The notes under the pieces are model-generated. The model was given only the letters and a program-made list of their open reading frames with translations. It was not told the DNA's origin and did no database searches. A DNA stretch of 45,041 bases from Actinomycetota bacterium (GTDB lineage: Bacteria > Actinomycetota > Actinomycetes > Nanopelagicales > Nanopelagicaceae): assembly GCA_009924185.1 (NCBI GenBank), contig RFSC01000001.1:1-45041 (forward strand). The letters are read 5' to 3'. Made by a program: the position numbers and the translations under genes. Of the stretch, positions 37,438-45,041 are shown piece after piece (position 1 is the stretch's first letter; each line of letters opens with the position of its first letter).

Positions 37438-38717
37438 TAGCTGCCGTGCTTCCAGGAGTTCAAGTACTCAACCTGGATTGGAGTCAAAGTATCAATCTTT
37501 GCACCCATGCTCTTTAGCTTTAATGAAGCAACTTCTTTATCAATCTCGGTTGGAACGTAATGCACACCTGGGGTTAAGTTCTTAGCATTTTTTACCAACC
37601 ACTCTGCGGTCAGAGCCTGATCAGCAAATGACATATCCATAACGACAGCGGGATGACCCTCGGCTGCGCCGAGATTCACCAATCTGCCTTCAGCAATGAG
37701 TAGTAAACGATTGCCATTTGAAAGCACATACTCATCGGTTTGATGACGAATTCGAGGATTCTTCTTGGTGTTTTTCTCTAGCCATGCCACATCGATTTCA
37801 ATATCAAAATGGCCAGCGTTAGCCAAGATTGCACCATCTTTCATGACGGCAAAATGTTCAGCGGTCAAAACGGTACGGTTTCCAGTCACAGTTACAAATA
37901 CATCACCAATTTTGGCCGCATCAAGCATTGGCATAACTCGGTAACCCTGCATCAGAGCATCTAGTGCCTTGGTTGGGTCAATCTCTGTAATTACAACATC
38001 TGCTCCCATGCCGCGAGCACGTTCTGCAACACCTTTACCGCAGTATCCAAAGCCGCCAACAACAAATACCTTTCCGCCGAGTAGTTGGTTGGTCGCACGG
38101 AAAATGGCATCAACTGTTGACTGTCCGGTTCCATAGCGATTATCAAACATATGTTTGGTATCGGTGTCATTCACGGCAATCATCGGAAATGTCAGTGCGC
38201 CATCCTGTGCCATTTGTTGCAATCTGATTACACCTGTAGTTGTCTCTTCGCAACCGCCCGCGATATTCGGAAGTAATTCTTTGCGGGTTGTGTGCAAGGT
38301 ATTAACCAAGTCACAGCCATCATCAAATACTTGGTGTGGTTCGATATCTAATGCCGCATTAATGTGAGAGTAATAACCATCGCGATCTACGGCGTTGCGT
38401 GCAAATACGCTAATGCCATACTCATAAACCAAAGCTGCCGCTGTGTCATCTTGAGTTGAAAGTGGATTTGATGCGCATAGTGCAATCTCTGCACCTCCAG
38501 CCTTCAAAGCACGCATGAGATTGGCGGTTTCTGTGGTTACATGCATGCAGGCAGAAAATCTAATTCCAGTGAATGGCTTCTCTTTTTCAAATCTCTCACG
38601 GATCTGCGCTAGAACTGGCATGTTGCGCTCTGCCCACTCGATGCGCTTCTTGCCCTCTGCGGCGAGCGCTGGGTTTGCAATGTCATGTTTTGGCGTGGTT
38701 CCGGTAGCTAGATTCAC
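37437..38717 (-). CDS. ahcY: adenosylhomocysteinase (short ~425-aa form)
   Basis: NAD-binding [18 protein letters not shown] and the conserved motifs DDGCDL and HFDIEID. GTG start with an AAGGGGA SD. The stop overlaps the mtrA ATG (TAATG). Confidence 0.95.
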   Translation of the reverse strand: MNLATGTTPKHDIANPALAAEGKKRIEWAERNMPVLAQIRERFEKEKPFTGIRFSACMHVTTETANLMRALKAGGAEIALCASNPLSTQDDTAAALVYEYGISVFARNAVDRDGYYSHINAALDIEPHQVFDDGCDLVNTLHTTRKELLPNIAGGCEETTTGVIRLQQMAQDGALTFPMIAVNDTDTKHMFDNRYGTGQSTVDAIFRATNQLLGGKVFVVGGFGYCGKGVAERARGMGADVVITEIDPTKALDALMQGYRVMPMLDAAKIGDVFVTVTGNRTVLTAEHFAVMKDGAILANAGHFDIEIDVAWLEKNTKKNPRIRHQTDEYVLSNGNRLLLIAEGRLVNLGAAEGHPAVVMDMSFADQALTAEWLVKNAKNLTPGVHYVPTEIDKEVASLKLKSMGAKIDTLTPIQVEYLNSWKHGS

Positions 38718-38758
38718 TTGGCTAAATCCCCTTCGAGAGAGCTGATTTTTGGCCTAGT

Positions 38759-40174
38759 TTAGCGGTTTGTCATAAGCCGCAACACCAACTCTTGAAGCCT
38801 CAACATCTCGGACTCAGAGCGCGCCTCTACATTCAACCTTAACAGCGGCTCAGTATTTGAAGGGCGCACATTAAAGGACCAATCTGTCGTAGAGACTGTT
38901 AACCCATCTAAATCATCAAACCTGGTTGGTTCTTTAGAGCCAGTCACGGCTGGATCTGAGAACTGTTCTCGAATTTGTGCAATTGTCGTTAGTGGATCTG
39001 AAACTTGAGTGTTTATTTCACCACTTAGAAAGTATTTGTTGTACTTAAGCATCAACTCAGATAGTGGTGTTTGGGTCTCCAGAAGTGCGGCGATTGCATG
39101 TAACGCAGCCAGCATTCCCGAGTCAGCACACCAAAAATCCCTAAAATAAAAATGGCCCGAGTGTTCTCCGCCAAATACCGCTTCATTTTCAGCCATCATT
39201 TTCTTTATGTAGGAGTGTCCAACTCGACTCCTAAGTGGAATTCCACCATTATCCATAATCACATCAGGTACCGCCCGAGAACATATCAAGTTGTAAATTA
39301 CATGTGAACCCGGTGATTTCTTTAGCTCGCGTTCTGCAATGAGAGCAGTTAGAGCAGATGGTGACACCAATGCACCTTTTTCATCAACCAAGAAACATCT
39401 ATCCGCATCTCCATCAAAAGCTAAACCGATATCTGCTGACTTATCAATTACCAATTTTTGTAAGTCAACCAAGTTCTTGGCATCAATGGGATTGGCTTCG
39501 TGATTTGGAAAGGTTCCATCTAAATCAAAGTAAATTCCATCAACTTGTGCATTAATCTTTTGCATAACCGCAGGTGCAGTATGGCCACCCATTCCATTTC
39601 CAGCATCTATAGCAATCTTCAGCGGGCGACCCTTAAAGCTTTCATTGAAGGTGTTTTTGCCGAATAGAGAGAATAGGAAAGATACGTACTCGGGAAGCAG
39701 GTTACGTTGGGTTTCCTTGCCAACAGGGCGGTTAGGAATTGGGAAACCCTCTTGAAGTGAGCCCACAATCTGATCTTTGATCCAAAGTAAACCTGAATCC
39801 TGGCCAATCGGTTTCGCTCCGCTTTTGCACAATTTAACCCCGTTATAAGCCGCTGGATTATGACTCGCCGTGAACATGGCACCGGGAAGATTTAAATGAC
39901 CTGATGCGAAATAGAGCTGATCAGTTGATGACAAACCAATTCTTATTACATCTAGTCCTTGAGAGGTAACTCCATCAGAAAAGGCCGTTGCTAAATCTGG
40001 CGAGGAGGGACGCATATCTTCGCCCACAACAACTGTCGCAGGCTCCCGCTCTCGCTCTATGAACTTTGCAAATGCAATTCCAAGTGCAAAGGCAAAATCA
40101 ACTGAGAGTTCATCATCCACTAAGCCACGAATATCGTAAGCCTTGATTATCTTATTTAGAATTTCGAGGTTCAT
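38759..40174 (-). CDS. manB: phosphomannomutase/phosphoglucomutase
   Basis: Active-site serine loop TASHNPAAYNG and the Mg-binding FDGDADRC. Synteny with DUF3499 matches Rv3257c/Rv3258c. Confidence 0.9.
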   Translation of the reverse strand: MNLEILNKIIKAYDIRGLVDDELSVDFAFALGIAFAKFIEREREPATVVVGEDMRPSSPDLATAFSDGVTSQGLDVIRIGLSSTDQLYFASGHLNLPGAMFTASHNPAAYNGVKLCKSGAKPIGQDSGLLWIKDQIVGSLQEGFPIPNRPVGKETQRNLLPEYVSFLFSLFGKNTFNESFKGRPLKIAIDAGNGMGGHTAPAVMQKINAQVDGIYFDLDGTFPNHEANPIDAKNLVDLQKLVIDKSADIGLAFDGDADRCFLVDEKGALVSPSALTALIAERELKKSPGSHVIYNLICSRAVPDVIMDNGGIPLRSRVGHSYIKKMMAENEAVFGGEHSGHFYFRDFWCADSGMLAALHAIAALLETQTPLSELMLKYNKYFLSGEINTQVSDPLTTIAQIREQFSDPAVTGSKEPTRFDDLDGLTVSTTDWSFNVRPSNTEPLLRLNVEARSESEMLRLQELVLRLMTNR

Positions 40175-40180
40175 TTAAAC

Positions 40181-40579
40181 TCAATCTTGATTTGGAATTG
40201 AACGAAGATGTCCTCTTCTGCCAATTTCGGGAGTTGCAGGTTGAGAGATGTTCTCTTGTTTTGCAACCTGGCGAATCGCTTCAGCAATCGCCAAAATGTC
40301 TTGTGTAGATTGCTTGAGTGTAGGGAGATCAGATTTATTATGAACAACACTCCAGCCCTTGGGAACCGTCAATTTCTCTGAGTGTTGTTCGCAAAGATCA
40401 TATGCGTGAGGCTCAACAAAGGTGGATAAAGGTGCCAACACCGCGCTGGACTCGGCGTAGATGTAGGTCAGTGTCATTACAGCATTTGCTAAGCATCCTG
40501 ATCTAGTGCAGCGTCGACCAACAACACTTGGAAGCTGCGATTTGCTTCGATTGGTTTCGGCACCATTGTTGCTGGTCAT
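40181..40579 (-). CDS. DUF3499 domain protein (Rv3258c-like)
   Basis: RRCTRSGCLANAVMTLTYIYAESSAVLAPLSTFVEPHAYDLCEQHSEKLTVPKGW matches the DUF3499 Cys/His pattern. Confidence 0.8.
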   Translation of the reverse strand: MTSNNGAETNRSKSQLPSVVGRRCTRSGCLANAVMTLTYIYAESSAVLAPLSTFVEPHAYDLCEQHSEKLTVPKGWSVVHNKSDLPTLKQSTQDILAIAEAIRQVAKQENISQPATPEIGRRGHLRSIPNQD

Positions 40580-40686
40580 GGCGTGAGATTAGTCTGACAA
40601 TTGGGCAAAAAGATGGATTGGCGGGTTGCAATGTCGCACATTCTTAATTCTCTTAATTTGCTTGATTTGCGGGTTCATCGACTAAC

Positions 40687-41993
40687 TCATCGAGTTGGCT
40701 GAATAACCGCGATATCAGCTACTGGCTTTGAAGCGCTCTCTAGGTTTGTGCCCGGGGCTAGGAGGAGATGAGTTACTCCATCTCTTGAAATCCAATTCAT
40801 GGCCGCCTTGGCGCCGGTCTGATTTGTGAAGCTAATCAACCGGGTATTTGGCGGCACTTTCCAGCTCAAAACCTCATCGCCTATCAAACTCTTACTGAAC
40901 TCCTTACCCCTGTTGTTCCGCCAATTCACAGTTACTTGAACTCTCTCCGCTACAAAGGTAACTGTTGGTTCTAATCCATATAGGTTCAAGGCGACATTTC
41001 CAAAACTCTGCGATGGCGCACTCCACATGAAGTCAGATACCGAACCACTTCTCACGGTGGTCTGCACGCCAGCAACTATTGGTGCAGAGCTGGAAATCTT
41101 GAGTGCAAAAGTCTTGCTGCCTAGATCTACCTCCGATAAGTCGAACTCCTTTACCTGCTGCGCTTCAAGTTTGAGATCATCAAATCCGACTGGGATGAAA
41201 ACGCCTTCGGGTGATACAACTTCAATGCTCACATTTGCATCTACCTGGCTTGTACTCATAATCCGCAAAGTATGTGAGGCCCTATTGTTTCCACCATATT
41301 TAATGGGAAGAGAGGCAATCACTAAAGACTCTTCGGCCTTGGAGATAGGCGCTACAAAATCTGCTCCAATGTTGTTGAGGCCACGCACTCGCTCATCCAA
41401 CAAGTAACCAACTACTCGACCACTTCTAGTCTCAGCCTTCAAAACTATTCGATTGGCACCTGGATCAAAACTATCTACTCGGACAATCTTCTCTGAAGAA
41501 GGTTTAATGGTATTGGCACCGTAGCTCCCGGACCATTTTCCGAAAAACTAGTGACATCAACAATTGCATCCCCGAGCCCACTATTTACCAAAACCAATTT
41601 AGACTGGCTCGTAACATTGGCGGTTCCACCGACAAACCAAGAGGTTTTGCTGCTGTCTGCGCATGTGAGAGCTGCGGTCCAACGATTACCTTTAGATTGA
41701 ATTTGCGTTACATTGGTGGGGGTTCCGTTTACAAATAGCGGGTTCTTTGTAATGGAGTAACTACCTTGTCCATTTTTTCTAAGTTCGGCAGTAGGTTGCG
41801 AAAGTTCGCGGATGAGTGTGCCTTTGCTGGGAAGCAAATTTGTGGAACGGGCATCCCCAATCGCTCCTGGACAGGTTGTCGATGCATAGCTTTGCGTTAT
41901 CTCGCTAGAGGAGTTGGTTTGAGGCAATAGATATGCGATATGCGCTGCAATGATGAAGAAAAGCAGGGCAAATGATGCTCTAGTCTCTTTCAT
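40687..41993 (-). pseudogene. DUF5719-like signal-anchored envelope protein; reading frame interrupted (ORFs 41475..41993 and 40687..41442)
   Basis: The N-terminal ORF has a signal anchor and stops at 41475. The second frame (-1 relative to the first) is open from 41547 downward. It continues the same beta-rich repeat style and has no SD before its TTG at 41442. The family name is from memory of the usual GT2-DUF5719 pairing and is not verified. Confidence 0.45.
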
Positions 41994-42910
41994 GCTAGCT
42001 CCTCTTCGCGCATCTGACTTCTCTTGCGTCTAGCTGGAAGTGCTAGAACAATCAATGTAATAAAGGAAATTAACTGCAGTGAAATCCAGCCACGGCGCGC
42101 AGTTGCATCGTGGAAAATAACAAAATCGCCAGGCTCAGAGACTCGGAATCTTGGAATCCCACTCTCAGTAACTGTTGGCGTGACGTAAACTCCATTAAGC
42201 AACAATCTCCAGCGATCATCATATTTTTCAGTAATCACAATAGTTCCGGTCGTTGTCAATGAGCCTTGCGCGCCGATCTCACCGCTAGGCAAAACCGAGT
42301 ACAGGCCATCATCAGAGAGAAAAGAAATGTGTCCGAGCGCCCCTGGAACCTTCCAAGAAATTCCTTCATTTGTATCAGCGGCGCGGGTAAATCCTCCAGC
42401 TCCATCAATGGTGCGAACTAGGTCATCATCCAAAGGTCGAGCCATGAATATGTACCGGATTCCAAACTCGGCAAAAACTTGACTGCTGGCAACACCCGAG
42501 CCAGAAACTAGATCATTAATCGCCTTTGTAACAACAGGTGACAATCCAGTGATTACATCGGGCTCACCAAGTTTCAAATCACTATCCCGGGCAACAAAGT
42601 AATAAATTCGACCGCCATCATTTCTCAAAACCAATGTTTTAAATTTGTCTACCGTCTGGGCATTAGCACTCAAAAACGCTGGTAAGGCTGAGTTCTGCTT
42701 GGTGTGTAGCGGGGTATTTGAGGAACTTGATACCCACCAAGTTGCGGAGGTCAAAACAGAAAATGTGGCGAGAACGCTAGTAACTCCAAGGAGGAAATGG
42801 CGGTAATCAATATTTGATTCAGAAAGGCTTGGAACATAATGATCAACCATTGTTACGGCTGCCAACAGCGCGGTTAATGTTGGAATAACTAACAAAGATC
42901 CAACCCACAA
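41990..42910 (-). CDS. membrane-anchored protein; possibly the C-terminal portion of the upstream GT2 protein
   Basis: 306-aa ORF with two N-terminal TM helices, a soluble domain and a C-terminal TM helix. Its TTG start lies inside the last 22 nt of the GT2 ORF with no SD. ATGA coupling to the next ORF. Confidence 0.5.
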   Translation of the reverse strand: MWVGSLLVIPTLTALLAAVTMVDHYVPSLSESNIDYRHFLLGVTSVLATFSVLTSATWWVSSSSNTPLHTKQNSALPAFLSANAQTVDKFKTLVLRNDGGRIYYFVARDSDLKLGEPDVITGLSPVVTKAINDLVSGSGVASSQVFAEFGIRYIFMARPLDDDLVRTIDGAGGFTRAADTNEGISWKVPGALGHISFLSDDGLYSVLPSGEIGAQGSLTTTGTIVITEKYDDRWRLLLNGVYVTPTVTESGIPRFRVSEPGDFVIFHDATARRGWISLQLISFITLIVLALPARRKRSQMREEELA

Positions 42911-44916
42911 GTGATGGGTGGAGCGCCTAAGCCGCCTGGATTCGCAAAGACCAGAGACAAGACATCGCCTCCCCCGATGGTCACGCCAGGATCAAGCAAA
43001 ATTCGGGATGGGTGAAGGATGAACTCCAGTGACCACGGCGCATTAACAATTATTGGGGTGGCAATTAATGCGATGCGTCGTATGTTTTTCCGATCAAAGA
43101 CCTCTTTAGTTAGTGGATTTACCTTCGAGTTAAAAGCGACAACATCAAATATGACCAAAATGAACTGCCATAAAACAATTGCCATGAAGGCTAGTGGTGA
43201 AAATGCACAAACAACTGAAAGCAATAAAGCCAGCCACCAAGTTTTTCGCCAACCCAAATTCTCTAACTGCTCTAATCCAAATAATGCGCGCACCAACCAG
43301 GGTCCAATTACGACCAATACGACAGTTCCTAGTCTTCCACTGTTAATGGCAGCTAGTGTCGTCGGAGAAAAGGCATAAAGCAGAGCAGCTCCAAGAGCTA
43401 AGAAATGCAGCTCTGTGAACTTGCGCGCAAGAGAATAAGCGCCCCAAAGCGCTAATGGAACCGCCGCAACAAACAATGCTGTAACAAACAGAGATGAGTT
43501 AGCGGCAAAGGGCAGAGCTGCAATTCCAATGAAGGCTACCCAGGGTGGAACATTGGCACTGGAGCCCAAACCAACTGTGTGCCAGGAATCTGAGTACATG
43601 CGCAGCAAATCCAAGGCGCTGGCAGGTGTTTCAGGTAAAGCGCCGCCCACAATAGTTCCGAATCGGGATCTTGATGCGATCAAGGTAACGACAAAAACCA
43701 ATATTGATATTGAAAGAATTGGCCGTTTCAACAACCAAGATATCGGTGATGGCGGCTTGACCAGTTCGATATCAGCATTGTCTAAAGCCTCATCATTCAA
43801 ATCTAAAGCAGAGCTGGTAACGGTGGATTTATCCTCATATAGAGAGCTGCTCTTCCAGGCTCTGGAAACAGCTCCACGCGCTCTCTCTATCGCTAGTTGA
43901 AGCTGAGATCCGCGTGGTGGGACAAATCGAGCAATTACTTGCGATGAAACCAATCGATTCTTGCGTCGATTTCTGCGAGCCCGAATCAAATCTTGTGGCT
44001 GCAAAATTAATAATCCGACCGCAGCTAACTCATCAAGTGCATATCCAGGTAACTTTGCCAGCAGGTAGCCGATGGCGCGGGCAAATGAAGCGCCAAGGAG
44101 TTGTAAGGCAATTAGCGGAAGTAACCACCAAGACACATTGGCCAGCAAGACATAAGCGGCATGTCTACGATCCAACAACAAAGGTCGATGCAGGAAGGTT
44201 CCAGAAACATCAATACTGCGTCTTTCATTTGCAGCTGCTTCAGCATGATATGCAACAGCTTGTGGTGCGACAATTATGGAGTGACCGGCGGTATGTACCC
44301 GCCAACCAAAATCAACATCATCTCTAAACAGAGTTAGCTCTGGATCAAAACCACCCAACTCTTCAAAGACATCTCTTCGAATCAAAGCTCCTGCTGTGCT
44401 TACCGCCAAAACTTCACTTACATTGTCATGTTGGCCTTGATCCGCTTCTCGATACTCTAAACCGGTCCAGCGCGCACCATTTCCGGCGATACTCACACCG
44501 ACTTCTAAGAGATGATTACGATCATGCCAGCCACGTAATTTTGGTCCTACAACCGCAACACTTGGTCGCTCTTCAACCGCAGCCAGCAACTCCGTTAATG
44601 CATTAGCGGCTGGTGCACAATCATCATGAATTAACCACAACCATTCGGTGCAATCATTCGGGGCTGCTTTCAATTTTGAGCTAGATAAAGCTTCCCCAAT
44701 AGCTGCGCCAAAACCTTTGTCTCGATCAGTTACTAATGTGGTTATGCCAGCGCTCTTTAAAAGTTTTACCGAACTATCTTGTGAGCCGGTATCAATCGCG
44801 ATTACTTGATCAATTGCTCTTCGTTGTTTGGCAAGTGATGCAACAACTTCAGGTAGCCAAAGAGCACCATCATGAGAAACGATGATGGCGGTAACAAATT
44901 GCTTGGAAGTCGGCAT
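42889..44916 (-). CDS. family-2 glycosyltransferase fused to a polytopic membrane domain
   Basis: GT-A N-domain (AIIVSHDGALWLPEVVASL, IAIDTGSQD, WLWLIHDDC) followed by about 8-10 TM helices. GAGGCGG SD before the ATG at 44916. Confidence 0.8.
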   Translation of the reverse strand: MPTSKQFVTAIIVSHDGALWLPEVVASLAKQRRAIDQVIAIDTGSQDSSVKLLKSAGITTLVTDRDKGFGAAIGEALSSSKLKAAPNDCTEWLWLIHDDCAPAANALTELLAAVEERPSVAVVGPKLRGWHDRNHLLEVGVSIAGNGARWTGLEYREADQGQHDNVSEVLAVSTAGALIRRDVFEELGGFDPELTLFRDDVDFGWRVHTAGHSIIVAPQAVAYHAEAAANERRSIDVSGTFLHRPLLLDRRHAAYVLLANVSWWLLPLIALQLLGASFARAIGYLLAKLPGYALDELAAVGLLILQPQDLIRARRNRRKNRLVSSQVIARFVPPRGSQLQLAIERARGAVSRAWKSSSLYEDKSTVTSSALDLNDEALDNADIELVKPPSPISWLLKRPILSISILVFVVTLIASRSRFGTIVGGALPETPASALDLLRMYSDSWHTVGLGSSANVPPWVAFIGIAALPFAANSSLFVTALFVAAVPLALWGAYSLARKFTELHFLALGAALLYAFSPTTLAAINSGRLGTVVLVVIGPWLVRALFGLEQLENLGWRKTWWLALLLSVVCAFSPLAFMAIVLWQFILVIFDVVAFNSKVNPLTKEVFDRKNIRRIALIATPIIVNAPWSLEFILHPSRILLDPGVTIGGGDVLSLVFANPGGLGAPPITCGLDLC

Positions 44917-44942
44917 TTCACCGCCTCTGACTTGAAGGAAGG

Positions 44943-44970
44943 TGGAAAGGATTTATTTGGAAAGGATTTA
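44943..44970. repeat. 13-bp direct repeat TGGAAAGGATTTA x2 with 15-bp periodicity, upstream of the GT2 gene
   Basis: Copies at 44943..44955 and 44958..44970, read directly. They lie in the 65-nt whiB2-GT2 spacer. Confidence 0.85.
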
Positions 44971-44981
44971 CCTTTAGGGAA

Positions 44982-45041
44982 TTACGCGGGACGGCGCTTG
45001 AGGCGGCGACGTTCGCGTTCAGATAAACCGCCCCAGATGCC
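44982..45041 (-). CDS. whiB2: WhiB-family protein, C-terminal 19 codons only (WhiB2-like by position)
   Basis: The reverse complement reads GIWGGLSERERRRLKRRPA*. This is the G[IV]WGG turn plus the basic tail of WhiB proteins. Its position upstream of the GT2...DUF3499-manB block parallels Rv3260c. Confidence 0.55.
   Translation of the reverse strand, partial: GIWGGLSERERRRLKRRPA

Noticed and set aside
40589-40678. 29-aa minus-strand ORF (MNPQIKQIKRIKNVRHCNPPIHLFAQLSD) in the DUF5719-DUF3499 spacer
   Set aside because: It is too short, has no SD and no recognisable family. The spacer also contains TCTTAATT direct repeats and is more likely regulatory.

Overview
This 45 kb window is a very gene-dense chromosome segment, almost all coding, with most genes on the minus strand. 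The gene content is clearly actinobacterial. It holds WhiB1 beside a PdtaS-type kinase, then SecA, a ComF-like PRTase, MtrB/MtrA, adenosylhomocysteinase, phosphomannomutase, DUF3499, a GT2/DUF5719-type envelope module and the last 19 codons of a WhiB2-like gene. From my memory of the M. tuberculosis map, this mirrors the Rv3219-3220c and Rv3240c-3260c neighbourhoods. The sequence looks AT-richer than classical Actinobacteria (by eye, not computed). Spacers are 0-50 nt, many starts and stops overlap by 1-4 nt, and three convergent gene pairs overlap at their 3' ends. Together these suggest a genome-streamlined lineage such as freshwater acI/Nanopelagicales-like organisms, but that is inference only. 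The remaining content is: the start of katG; a 12-TM repeat membrane protein with a small anchored partner; trhO, nnrD, a class-III aminotransferase and mmsA; the ribD-ribE-ribBA-ribH operon behind a clear FMN riboswitch; a DUF885 protein; argG; a Methyltransf_32-like methyltransferase; a short HPF; two small membrane proteins; a CrtI-family oxidoreductase; a MalY/PatB C-S lyase; an alpha-glucoside-type locus (LacI regulator, GH13 glucosidase, Tat-lipoprotein binding protein, two permeases, no ATPase); an AlkA-like glycosylase; msrB and msrA; tRNA-Arg(CCG); and an orphan CpaB/TadZ-like pair. I see no rRNA, CRISPR array, transposase, integrase, prophage or recognisable defence or toxin system, and I cannot point to a convincing new system. 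The items most worth a second look are: (1) two adjacent apparent -1 frame breaks in the whiB2-proximal GT2/DUF5719 module; (2) the SAF/CpaB plus P-loop-degenerate TadZ/CpaE-like pair with no other Tad genes, beside an 18-bp perfect palindrome; (3) the mtrAB cluster lacking lpqB, tmk and hpf; (4) a 587-aa membrane protein built from six 2-TM repeats; (5) several short tandem repeats and palindromes in the few intergenic gaps.
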